Below the pieces are notes generated by a model. It was not told where the DNA came from, searched no databases, and saw only the letters and a list, made by a program, of their open reading frames with translations. A DNA stretch of 64,000 nt, taken from positions 992,001 through 1,056,000 of the forward strand of contig VJWM01000025.1 in assembly GCA_010909165.1 (NCBI GenBank), read 5' to 3'. A program made the position numbers and the translations under genes. Below, one piece after another: positions 12,253 through 24,276 of this stretch; positions within the stretch are counted from its first letter, which is position 1, and each line of letters opens with the position of its first letter. Source of the DNA: Anthoceros angustus. Taxonomy: Eukaryota; Plantae; Anthocerotophyta.

Positions 12253-14567
12253 ATGGCTAAAGAGCACCATGGAAACCATGGGCAGGACGGAAGTGAAGAG
12301 TTTGGTCATGGACATGATGGAGTTGGAGGGTTTGGACATGACTTGGAAGCCAGCTTTCCTTACCGTCATGCACATAGTCACATACCACCCGGTAGAACTC
12401 TCGAGGTTCCACATGCTTGGGTTCCACATGCTCCAGTTCCACCTACTCAGGAATCAAAGTACGACAAGTGTGAGGAGTGTTTGGGTTCCACAATAATTTG
12501 TTCTTTATTATTAAGTTTGATGGGGTTTACAGGTAACTATTTCACCTGAAGGGTTTAGGGTTTAGGGTTTAGGGTTTAAGGTTTAGGGTTGGGTTTAGGG
12601 TTGTAAGTCCTGGCAGGCCTAATTAATTAGGCCTGCCAGGACTTACAATGGTAGATAAGTTGGATATGTATTGACCGCTTTACAAATCTTGTTTGTCTTT
12701 CAATTGTTTAGGTATGACAATATTTTCTCTTAGTAAAGGTTTTGGACAAAGCGAAATTTGGGAAGTGAGATCCAACAATTCTATATTGATAGAAGCAAAG
12801 TCAGTGTTTACCAATGAGATTCAGGTACATTGAAATCCAATAGTTTTTCGCAGTTTCTGTGGATAGAGGTAGATTCAATTTATGTTTTACTGAGATTTAG
12901 GTACAAAGATTTAACAACTATGTGTCGATAGAAGTAAATTATGTTTTTACCAAGGAGATCTATGTATTTTATGAGAGCTTGGATACACACATGCTCATGG
13001 CAGCATATGTTCGCGCTCTGTTGAAAAGATAGTTGTTTTTTCATAGAGATGCATCAAGGAACAAGAGATGAAGCTATGTGCTATGCGTAATGGTACTATT
13101 TGAGCTGCGTCATGTGTAGGTGAAGAGCCTTACGTCCAATAGTGGCCCAATTTTGTACACTTTTTCTAAAAAACCACCTCTGAGCCGTTCAGTAGACTAC
13201 TCGGTGAACTTCAATTCTTCTATACAACACTTTTGGGTAAGTTTCACTTTGTGCTTTTCTTTGTTTTTGCCATGTGTACTACATACTTGTACATGTGAAG
13301 CGGATTGAATTGTTTATATCTTTATTCAGGCACAAGATTTTTGGCTCAACAAGCATTCAAAATTAAAAATTTCGTACAACGTTCTTAGTTCTGGGGACTA
13401 TACTCTTCTAGCCCTGCCCACAGGTGACTTCTAAGGTCTCAATGCATTTAGATCCTTCTAGAACTAAATCACTTGTGACAAAATCTTTTCCCATATCCAT
13501 ATCGTTTCGGTCAAAAGTGATTCAGTTCTATATACCCAGACATGATTCGGTTCTATGTACATAGACAAAGATTAGATTTGACAGTCTTGAGACTTGTTGA
13601 AATTGCAGGGCGTGATAGCTTGGAGTCGTGGCTAAAACACCCTAAGGATCCAAGCAAATCGGAACATATGTGGTGGATAGAAGGTGAGTGAGTTTTGCGA
13701 CGGCTATGGGGTTGTGGATGTAGCTTCCTTGCACTAAATCCGACTAATTTGTTTATGGCTTTGTCCCTTTCTGTCCATGCTTATCTGTTTGTTCTTCGTA
13801 CAGGCACTGGGGAGCTTTCGTTTGTCGTGCCCTACGATGATATCTTTTATGTTGCGCTTTACAATTATCATCACTCCGAGATCCAGGTTAGTAATTTGAA
13901 TTGCAGAGTCTTTGTAAGATGTATAGCAAATTGTTAAATTTTACGAGCTTCATGTCTAATGCAAAGAATTGTGTAATAGGCCTCATTAAACGTGACCATT
14001 CACAGTCTCCTGTATGAGACAGCAATAGCTAATACAACATGTGAAGTTTCTGGTAGAGTTTGTCATGCAAAGATCTCTATCTTTAGCTCAAAATCTGTTG
14101 TTCTAGAAACCCCTTCTGAGGTAATTTCTACTTGGTTTATTGTTGTCTAGACTTCTGACCGTGTGAAAACATCTCTTTTGACGTCTCCCTTGGTGAGTTG
14201 TAGGGTACTATACAAAGCTGGAACGTCAAAGTAACATACAAGAGCAACTGGACATTTTTCTGGGTTATGTTGGGTATGTGCTCGTCTTTGGCTTGGATTC
14301 AAATGTTTGCTTTTGTGTACAAGGCACTCTGTCCAAGTAACTCTATATGTATCTAAACACTCCTATGCACATCGGATGTGTTGTTCAGGATTCTTTGGAA
14401 TGCCCCTTGTCATGAGGTGTGGACTAGCTCTTTGCCACTTTATTGTTGTGAGGATTCTCCCTATTTTCAAATCCCCGAGAACAGATATAGAGCTTGGGAT
14501 CAAAAGAAAGCCTTCGCATCAATCCAAGTGGATCACCCCTGATCTTACGAGTTTGCCGAAGATATGA
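12253..14567 (+). CDS. APD-like (ABERRANT POLLEN DEVELOPMENT family) two-TM protein, 9 exons, 383 aa, no C-terminal RING before the stop
   Basis: Exons 12253-12532, 12712-12824, 13120-13236, 13330-13423, 13609-13683, 13804-13886, 13980-14120, 14204-14273, 14389-14567 splice in frame with GT-AG. Motifs GPILYTFSKKPPL, FWLNKHSKLKISYNV, GRDSLESWLKHP..WWIEGTG, DDIFYVAL and WNVKVTYKSNW parallel APD (GPMLYGF..PPL, YFLNKGS.VNISYSV, G.EGL..W..DP, WYVKVSYGPRW). Confidence 0.75.
12551..12602 (+). repeat. Interstitial telomeric repeat array (TTTAGGG)~7, degenerate
   Basis: gggtttagggtttagggtttagggtttaaggtttagggttgggtttagggtt in intron 1 of the APD-like gene. Confidence 0.95.
12601..12648. repeat. 48-bp perfect palindrome
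   Basis: ttgtaagtcctggcaggcctaattaattaggcctgccaggacttacaa equals its own reverse complement. Confidence 0.97.
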
Positions 14568-17324
14568 AAGGTGCTCAATTTGGGGAAGCTAGAGCACAAG
14601 GAGTCTAGTATTCTTCTGCCCAAATTGCAAGATGAAAGAAGACTTAAGGAAACTAGGGGCTGATTGCTCTGGCGACGATATATTCTATAGAATAGATCAG
14701 CAAGCTAGATACTAAGGCATCTGAGGCCAAAAGACACACCCCTTGGTGTGAGGGTACTTCAGCCCTTTGGGCACAACATAATTCACTGGTCACATTCCTC
14801 CTTGTCCTAGCTCCTATACCTGATCCAATATGGTATCAAAGCCTAAGGCTTTCGATCGTAAAGGCTAGGACTAGATATTATCTGTATCTTGGCTAGCGAT
14901 GGACAAAACATGAGCTCTTCGTCCGACTATGGGTCAAAGTCTCTCAGCATCTGCCCTCTAGGCACCTATGGAAAGACCTTGGCGATAACCCTCATGGCCC
15001 ACTCGCCCTCCCAATGCGCGCCACACGCGTTTTCATCGAAGCCATGACCGCCCACAAGCAACTTTTTTTTGCATCTTCTTTGCATAAATTGCCCCCATAA
15101 TTGCTTCTCTATTGCCTACAACACCTTGGAAAGCCTCTGCAGGCCCAGACGACCTCCACGACCACCAATCCACCCCAGTCTCTACTATCAAGTGGAGAAA
15201 TTGTGAGATTATCGCCATGCCATTGCCCAAGTCTCACATGCCCCTCTCACGAGTGGTATGAGGATCAATCCACCCCATAAACACCTGCAAATTGGAGCAC
15301 CCTCAGCGGCATCTCAGGCAACTTCAGCCTACTGGCCAGATTTGCCAGAGGAATTTGCAAGATTTGGCGGCCAGCATTGCTGTGCACCCACGGCGTGAGG
15401 CGAGGCATGCATCGCATTCGCGCACAGAGGAACAAGGGGTTTCCACCCTATTTTGACCTTGTGAGTGGGGGGGCCTTTACCCCTCTCTTACACCTCACTT
15501 CGAATTTTCAACCTCCTTTTGAATTTTCATAGCAGATTTCTGCCTCAACCCACGGATTGGCTATGCGCATTCCAGCTTCAGAAATTGGTCACTATCAAAC
15601 AGGAAATTCCAGACCTTCCCGGTGATTCCCGCAGTTTGATCACACATCAATTCGGTCGGCTCTCTTCACTTTGGAATTCATTAGCATAGATCTATAAATA
15701 TTGATTTTAGTGGACGTCTTCGCCTAGCTTCGTCAGTGTGACCCGTCTTCAAATTCCGCTAGTGCTTTTGACTCCAAACCTAATTTGTGAACTTTGGCTT
15801 GTCCTTTTACATTGTAAGACATTATGGCATCCAATGACTTCGTCAACAAGCTTGTGAACTTCTTTGACATGACTTATTTTGCTTCTTAGAGTCGTAAGAT
15901 CGAGATCTCTCCTTCGAGAAGACCTATTTGGTGTTGTTGCTGGGAGCGATTTACGTCGTGTGACTCCACCCGCTACTCCTGGTGGTACGATTCATCACAC
16001 ACCTCCAAGTGGCTTCGGGAACAAGTCCGAATGGAACTCTAAGGACCAACTTGATGCTTTATATGAAGGACGCCCAAATGAGCGTCATTTGGCATTTACT
16101 AACCTCCAAAGAGGTTTGGAATTGCTTGACAAAGAAGTATGTATTTGACAATGCCATGAATAAGGGGTTTATGATGTGGAAAGGCAAGGACCTCCTGGCA
16201 AGGGCAACCCATTGCACTGGCAACCCTACTGACAAGCGTAAACTTGGGGCCTGCTCTTATTGCAAGATGCCCGGACATCACGCGCGTGATTGCTGCAAAT
16301 GCCTTGCTGACACTTGGGCCCAACCCTTCACCAGCAGTGCCACACATGGCGCCCGCTTGTTCATAGTTTGCTTGAGTGTCACTCTTGACTCTCACACATG
16401 GTTTGTGGTTTTAAGAGCTACTCAACATATGACTGGGCGGCGAGAATGGTTCATCTCCTTTGAGCCCAATACCATTGAGAGCTTTGTCTACCTCGGTGAT
16501 GATTCTCGCCGGGCGATCATGGGTTCTTGTACAGTGCCCGTCATTTTGCCCAACTTCGAGGTACGTGAGCTTAACGATGTTCTCTATGTTTCCCACTTGA
16601 GCAAGAATCTCGACTCGGTCGGGCAGGCACTTGAAGCTGGCCACACTTAAAATTTGTATTTGCTCCTAACAAGTGCTCTATCTTTGATGCATCCCGCCAA
16701 CTCGTTTTTGTATACCACCAGATTGGCAGGTTGTTTGTCTTAGGCACTAGCCCCACCTATCATGCTAATGAGGTTCTTTTGTCCCGAGCCGAGGAGTTTG
16801 TCTCACCCCAACAAATCCTTTAGTTCTTTAGTGTCTACTATGTTAGCGGACTTATGGCACCTTAGGTTAGGTCACGCATGTTTGCAAAGGATGAAAGCTT
16901 TATTGTAAGATAACTATGTCTTGTGCCTTCCTTTACTGCTTTTGGCAATCATTGTTGGTAGCATGGTATATTTTTACGTAATATTTGTATAATACGTATT
17001 GTTTGCACTTGAGCAGAATGAGGTCATCGAGCGACTCCACTTGGTGACCTCATTAATCACCTCCCCACTAAGGCTATTGACGGGAAGACTCCTTACAAAG
17101 CATGGACTGGTCATAAGATTGACTTTAGCCATCTCCGCATTTTTTATTCCCCTGCTTTCGTCTATGTCCCCAAGGCCTCACGGAAGAAGCTTGATTCCAA
17201 GTCGAAGGAAGGGATTCTCTTGGCTATGGCAAGACCATCAAGGCTTATCGCATCTACTTGAAGGACTCCCCACACCTCGTCTTTGCTCGCGACGTTATCT
17301 TCAATGAGCAACCCTTAACATAGT

Positions 17325-18690
17325 AATATTCATTCCGGCAAAATAAACAATGCCGGTTATGAGAAAGTTGCCGCCGCTTGGTAGTTTTTGTCCAGTCACT
17401 AATTCACATTAAACACGGCACGTCAAAAGCACCCGCTCCTGCGCTTGGCAATCCATTAGAGTGGGATGTAACTTTTGTGTCCAAATCATTTGAAATGATG
17501 GTGACAAGGCGCAGGAATGCTGCCGCCCAAGCGGAAATCCTTTGTTCTAATTAGGTTATCTCCATAAGAGCATAGGGTGCTAGCATATTGGCGCCTTCAT
17601 TAGTAGAACCCTAACCCTAGGGTTAGGGTTTAGGGTCTCAGCCTTGTTTTGACGAGCGTGCGGGTTAGGGCGCATCAGAGCTCGAGGGTTACATTACTGA
17701 ACTTTGTGTTGTACAAAAGCGGCGTCTTCGACTCAAAATTCTTTCACGAGGAACGACTTCAGGGCCGTTTTTTGATCCGTCCATAACACCCTATTGTAAA
17801 CATGTCGGAGGGATTCGGTATGGGCATTGGCTAGCCGGCGTCAACCACCATACCTAGTCAGGTATTCCTCCTCCATAAGGTGCTGGCATGCCGACGTCCT
17901 AATTAGATACGTTTTCTGTGAGTGCCGATGTGCATGCGTCCGTGTTAACACTAGGGCTTACAACCACTTGTTGTGCACCTATGCACATTATGACTTACAT
18001 ACATAAGGCCATGTGTCGCTTACTTGCGCAAGAGAATGAGAAAGAACATACCACCTTTGCTTCCGATGACGACGCAGTCTGGGTCGCTCACAAAGATGGT
18101 GTCCAACACACAAAATACGTGTTCATTTGCTATGACCTCCATAGAAAGATAGTCGTGGCCTGTAGTGAGCTCGAGAATAGGGAAGAAACTTGGCCGTATA
18201 ATGTCTCACTTCACCTTGGATTTTAATCTCTCTCATTTCAATCCACATTATCTATTCCCTAAGTATATGTTGAATGAGGACGTATGTCAAGTGTGTCACT
18301 TACGGTATGTTTAGGGTCTTCATACCCTCGGCTGTTGTGCACAATGACGTCGACCGTATCTGGATTGGATGTATAGCACGAATATAGAAATAGCCGTATG
18401 CATTCCCTTCGATGCTGTTGTAGAGATGGTCGCCCATGTTCATTTACTGTTGTTTAACAAATCACACGCACTAACAACATGGGCATCATTTCCATCGAAA
18501 ACAATGGTCGTCCTATAGGATGAACCCTTCGTCTACCACTATGGGTCGCTAAAAGATATAAACTTCTCTATGACACCCTAATTGTGTGCCTTCTTATCAG
18601 GGTATACTCAAATATGGCATTTCAATGCCCATCAAAAACCCCGTTCTGCATATATTCACGTCAAAAGCCGCTTGATGTATATTCAGCCGC
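17325..18690. mobile_element. About 1.35-kb unrelated insertion nested in Copia pol (class unknown, boundaries approximate)
   Basis: Separates the integrase C-terminus (RDVIFNE) from the Pro-rich linker before RT; no pol similarity seen; contains telomere-like repeats. Confidence 0.5.
17607..17635. repeat. Head-to-head telomere-repeat palindrome (24 bp) followed by TAGGG
   Basis: aaccctaaccctagggttagggtt (17607-17630) is self-complementary. Confidence 0.9.
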
Positions 18691-21079
18691 TTCAAATATT
18701 ATCGTGTTCCTTTCTCACCCCACTTGGTGCCAGGGGATCTGTCCCTCCTTTTGATCCTTCCCCCTCTGCCTTCGACCCGGACTGGTCGCTAACATCGGTG
18801 CGTTGGGGGAGGATGAATGGAAGCCCGCTCCTCCGCGAGCTACAATGCTTCAGCCTGGCCCCCCCAGGGTTGGACCAACAACCCGTTGCTCGTCCCCTTG
18901 TCATGGCCCTTATGCCATTACTCGTGCCAGCTCCTCATGCGACTCTATCCACCTGTCATGCTCCTAACTCTTCTCTACCCTCCAGCAACGAAGCCTCGGA
19001 CCTGGACCTCAGCGGACCACTCCTCCTCCCTGCAGATGAGGTAGCTCACCCCCCTTATTTACCTCGTCCTATAGATGACCCTCTAGCACTTCGGCGCTCG
19101 ACCAAGGAGTAAAGTCTCAGTAGAAGGAGTAGAAAGGCCTCGAGAATCTTGAACAAACACAACGTATTTCTGATACACAAGCTACTAGCATTGCCATTTC
19201 CGCTCCTGTTCACGTTTTGCAATCTACCTTGGATATTGTTCATCCCTCTACCCTTACGACTGTCGTATCTGGGCTGCAAGTAGTCGAATGGAAGAAGGAT
19301 GTGGACGATGAGTTTCAACCCTTGCAGGACAGTAAGACTTGGCAACTTTGTGACTTGCTACCTGGATGCTTTGCGATGGGAAGCAAATGGACTTTCAAGA
19401 TTAAGTACATCGCCGACAACCCCATCGACCGTTACGAGGCATGACTTGTGGCACAATGTTATACCTAGCGGGCGGGCGATGACTACGATGTAGATAATCT
19501 CTTTTCCCTTGTTGTCAAGACTAGCTCTCTGTAAGTCATTCTTGCTAGGTGGTGGAACTCGATGTCAGGATGACTTTTCTCTACAAGAAACTACAAGAGG
19601 AGATATACAAGCGTTAGACTGTGGGGTACGAAGAGAAAGGCAAGGAGCATATTGTATGCTTACTCCAACGTAGTATCTATGGCCTTAAGCAATCTGCCAA
19701 GAATTGGAATGTTTACATGGATGACTTTCTCCTCGCCTGCAGATTTATGAAGTGCCCCTCCAATGATAATGTATGTTTCCTCTGGTCTGGAGATGTTCTT
19801 GTTATCCACCCTCTATATGTGGATGATTACATCCTTGCTAGTAATGATAAGCATGGCTTACTTGCTGAGACCATATCCATGGTCAAGTCTAAGTGCAGTA
19901 TGGCGATTTAGGCAATATTCACTATTGTATTAGGATGAAGGTTACTTGTGATCCTCCACATTGATAATTGCATTTAACTTATAGCTAATACATTAAGAAC
20001 ACGCTAACTCGCTTCAATATGCTTGATTGTAAGCCTGCACCCACTCCGCTTACTGTTGGAGCACCCTTGTCTTCTGATCAGGGACCCAAGACCGACGAGG
20101 TGCACAAGTACATGCAATCCATTCCTTATCAAGAATCCGTTGGGCGTATCATTGGATATGTATTACGATGCGGCCCGATATTGGCCATGCCGTACGTATG
20201 CTGGCCTAGTAGATGGCCAATCTCGGGCCAGCTCATTGGTCTGCCCTCAAGCGTACTTTGTTCTACCTCAAGGGAACCATAGCTTATGGCCTCTGGTACC
20301 ACGAGCCCCCGACAGTGGCTACAGCTTCGATCTTCTTTCCTCGACTCTCAGCTTACACTGATGCTGATTGGGAGGGAGATGTGGACCTTAAGAAATCAAC
20401 ATCAGGATTTGCTTCAAATGATGAGGCATGCAAAGTCTTTCAAACCTTAACAATGACGCTTAAACGTCTCGTTAGAAAACCACACTTATAAACCAGTTGG
20501 ATAATCAAACATACAGTGGTCTAAGTTTCCATTGTGTTCCAACTTAAGTACTTTATGGTGGGGTGCAAAGCCGCAGGCTTGAAGCAAGTGCACCAGTGTA
20601 TCGATGTACCCATGGGGTGGAGGATCACAAGTATTTGGAAAAGGAGGAGTGCACTGACATAACTGTGCATTACCCCAGTGAGTGGCATAGTCACGGAGGG
20701 ATAAGGGTGAAGGTGCGCAGTCAAACAGTGGGTGCACCGATGCATGTTAATAGAAAAAGGGAAATAGGAGCAGACAAGCGGTGCGTACGATGATACCCAA
20801 GGTCACCAATGGCCCCTTAGAAACACTGAAAATATTTTGCAAGCCCCAATCTCTGTAGTGTGTAGTGCTTGTTTTTGACATTTTCTGGCAACATATTCGG
20901 ATTGGCCTAATTTAAGATAATTGGTTACTCCAAAAAGTCAGGGACATGTCTATTTCGTCTCATTAACAACGAAAGGGCAACTCAAATCCTAAGCCTCCCG
21001 TTTGCGTGTGAAGCCATACCAGCCTACATGCTAACAGACGTACAGAAAGGGAAGAATAGAAAGTTCATTTTCAGTGTTT

Positions 21080-23420
21080 AACCATCTGTGTCATGATTAA
21101 TGCGGAAATTTAAATTCAAAATCTCCGCATGAGGGAATCCGTTTGTGAGAGCAAATGTTTTTAAAAATTTACTGTAGGACAAAACTGATATTTTGCTGAA
21201 CTGTGTGGGGAAGAACTGAAAAACCCGAAAGCCAGGAATAAATCGTCTCTCTCTAGACGCTGTTTGAGGCGATTCGATGAGAGGCTCAGGGAGAGAGAGA
21301 CTGTGTGGTTTTCGGGGCGCCAATGAGGCGATTCCTTGAGAGGTCCAAACCTCGAACCTCACGTGTGGATCACAAGCGCCAATGGTCCATCCGATCGGTT
21401 TGATTTGTCAACATCCCCGCACTGGAAGAAAAAATTAACGCCTGCAACGTTGTTGTCACCTGCGGACAAGTGTCGTAGCTTGGGTGACGGTGTTAAGATC
21501 CCTGTGAATTTGTTGCCATGGAGAATCAAATGGGTGAGGCTTGTGAGACCCTTCAGGGAACTCCTCCGTCCAAGAGCCTCAAATTGACCAAATTACGCGG
21601 CTGGTCAGGGATGCCACCCATTATGCCATTGTCAGAAAAAGACAGAACCCTCAGCTTGCTCAATGTTTGCAGGCTCGGCAAAGGACCCCGGGGAACTGAG
21701 CGGGGAGACTGGACACAAGCTGTGGGCAACAGTAGCGATGTGGTGTTATTTTGACCCGTCCCAAGCTCGGTCCGGTCCAGATGTGTTACAAAAACATGGG
21801 ACCGGAGGTTCTGAGGAGTTAGGTCCCCACCTCGGTCCCCCTATTACCCTCGTGGACCGAGAGTTCATAAAGGTCCGGTTTAAAAATTAATAAATTACTT
21901 AATTTTATATCCAAGGATTTATATTTATTATGGACACATGGACCCATCTTATCATGGACGCAGCTTATGCCGGATCGCGATGCGGACTCATAATTTGCAG
22001 TTTTTATATTATTATTTATAAATTATTTATTTAATATTTAATATATTTAGTGACCAAGAGTCACCAAAAGGCACGGTCCTGCTCGGTCCGGGACCGAGCG
22101 TAGCCAGGCTAGGCGGTCCGGACTGAGCTAGTACTCGGTCAAAATGACACCGTAGCGGATGGTGCGTGGTGTCATTTTGACCCGTCCCAAGCTCGGTCCG
22201 GTCCGGCATGTGTTAAAAACACGGGACCGGAGGTTCTTCATGAGTCCGGTCCCCACCCTCGGTCTCCTATTACCTTATGGCACCGAGGGTTCATAAAAGG
22301 TCCGGTTTAAAATTAGTAAATTATTTAATTTTATATCCAAGGATTTATATTTATTATGGACACATGGACATCTTATTATGGACGCAGTTTGCAGTCTGCC
22401 GGCTGGGCTGCAGCCTGTGGACTCCTGCAGTCTTTATATTATTATTTATAAATTATTTATTTAATATTTATTATATTTAATGACCAAGGGTCGCAAAAGG
22501 CACAGTCCCTGCTCGGTCCGGGACCGAGCGTAGCCAGGCTAGGCGGTCCGGGGACTGAGCTAGTACTCGGTCAAAATGACACCGTAGCGGATGGCGTGGT
22601 GGTGTCATTTTGACTCTAAGCTCGGTCCGGTCCGATGTGTTACAAAAAACATGGGACCGGAGGTTCTTGAGGAGTTAGGTCCCCACCCTCGGTCCCCTAT
22701 TACCCTCGTGGACCGAGAGTTCATAAAAGGTCCGGTTTAAAATTAATAAATTACTTAATTTTATATCCAAGGATTTATATTTATTATGGACACATGGACC
22801 CATCTTATCATGGACGCAGTTTGCAGTCTGCCGGCTGGACTGCAGTCTGCGGACTCCGCAATTTGCAGTTTTTTATATTATTATTTATAAATTATTTATT
22901 TAATATTTAATATATTTAGTGACCAAGAGTCACCAAAAGGCACGGTCCTGTCCGGGACCGAGCGTAGCCAGGCTAGGCGGTCCCGGGGACTGAGCTAGTA
23001 CTCGGTCAAAATGACACCCTGATGGCAAGGTCACCTGATGAGTTGTTGCCCGCGAAATAATACAAAGTTCCCTGGCAAGGTGTCGGAAAGATCCAGACGT
23101 GTCAGCCTGGTAAGAGTCTCAAGACTTTGGAATCAAACGGGCGTCTGGATTGGATGACACATTCAACTCCCTCAGACTCTGCAGAGAGCTCAAAACGCTC
23201 ACATCGCCAGAGCCAAGGTCCCAAGAGGAGAAATCAAGCCGGACCACAGCCGAATCAGAACCACATTGCGCACGCCCACCGAGGGCAGCGTCACCGCCGG
23301 CGTCGCCCATGGCTTCCGGTCGCGACTTGCAACCAGGCTTCCTGACTCGAACCCCAAAGGCAAGCTTGCGAACTCGGAGGCCGCCCTAGAGGTTGCTGAG
23401 ATCAAACACACCAGATTCCT
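21080..23420 (-). pseudogene. LRR receptor-like (RLK/RLP ectodomain) pseudogene interrupted by a MITE array
   Basis: Frameshifted LRR pieces on the minus strand: QCGSDSAVVRLDFSS..LSSLQSLRELNVSSN, LETLTRLTRLDLSD, YFAGNNSSG; beyond the array LQTLSKLRVLSFSDNGIMGGIP, LKGLTSLTHLILHGNKFTG, VRGLDLSRNRLIG. Confidence 0.75.
21742..23018. mobile_element. Three tandem MITE-like units (21742-22151, 22168-22583, 22601-23018) with ~37-bp imperfect TIRs
   Basis: Each unit starts GGTGT(C/T)ATTTTGAC and ends GGTCAAAATGACACC, has an AT-rich core and many GGTCC/GGACC motifs; units are separated by 16-17-bp spacers gtagcggatgg... Confidence 0.85.
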
Positions 23421-24276
23421 GAATTCCTCACACAAGCATGGCAGATGGAGTGGCGAATAGGAATTCTCTAGTCTGGTCTGCAGTGACACCGTGTGACTTC
23501 GATCCGTTTCAGACTTGTCTGCTCCCTCTCGCGATCGGCTGGGCCTTGGACACAAGCCGAAGGGCTGCTGACCAGACAATGACGCAAATACAACGAAATT
23601 TGCGATTGGCCTTTTCTTTTCATCACATCCTCGAACGGAACCCTTCTCTCTGCTTCAAGCTCTTGCACGATGCCCTCCATTGTCATACCCATATGCCTCT
23701 ATGTCCAACCCACACATCACACATACGGGAATGGTTGCAGTCAAAGCTTAAGGCTCCCTGAGCCTTAAGACACAAACATGGGGACTACAGCAGCAGGTAT
23801 CAGAACTTTGGCTTCAAATTGCTCTCACCTCGACATTTCCCTCTGCAAAACAGTCCATTGGCCGGCGGGAAGGCCACGAATTACGTGAGCTGATGAGAGG
23901 ATCGAGCTCCTCGACCACCTTGCTTTGTGGCAGCTGGGTGGTTTCGGCATCAAACCCTACCCGGTAGGAGAGACACGGGATACGTAGGTGGTTTACAAAC
24001 TTTACGGCATACGCGCATTATGTCATTTGATGTAACAGAAGGCTAGATTACCGCCACAAGGCGATGAGGTGGAGCCCCGAGGTGGCAGCAGCGCCAACAC
24101 TATTGGCCACAGCATATCACAGCCTATCCGCTACAAGGGATGGAAAAGCGGACTTCCGTCCGTCGAGCGTCGATAGCCTGATCCTGCTGCGCTGCTTGCT
24201 CCATCCTCCGCGACTCAAGAAACCAGGAAGCCAGGAAGAAGGCGGGAGCAAGGAGTTGAGCTAGGAATACTCAGCG

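Larger units (their letters stand above)
14831..20412 (+). mobile_element. Degenerate Ty1/Copia LTR retrotransposon, RNase H truncated, no paired LTRs found
   Basis: tRNA-iMet PBS-like tggtatcaaagcc at 14831; zinc knuckle CSYCKMPGHHARDC (~16252); protease-like WFVVLRATQHMTG; LWHLRLGH (~16852); integrase remnants EQNEVIER and KKLDSKSKEGILFGYG; RT EWKKDVDDEF..SKWTFKIK, SIYGLKQSAKNW, LYVDDYI; RNase H start YTDADWEGDVDLKKSTSG; many stops and frameshifts. Confidence 0.9.

Noticed and set aside
14700-14830. 5' LTR of the Copia element
   Set aside because: It precedes a PBS-like site, but no matching second LTR was found, so boundaries cannot be supported.
20950-21080. RKFIFSV*/PTC* as the displaced RING end of the APD-like gene
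   Set aside because: No intact CxxC/PCGH ligands in any frame; the similarity is too short.
21742-23018. CRISPR-like repeat/spacer array
   Set aside because: Units are ~410 bp with TIRs, spacers are nearly identical, there are no cas genes, and the context is eukaryotic.
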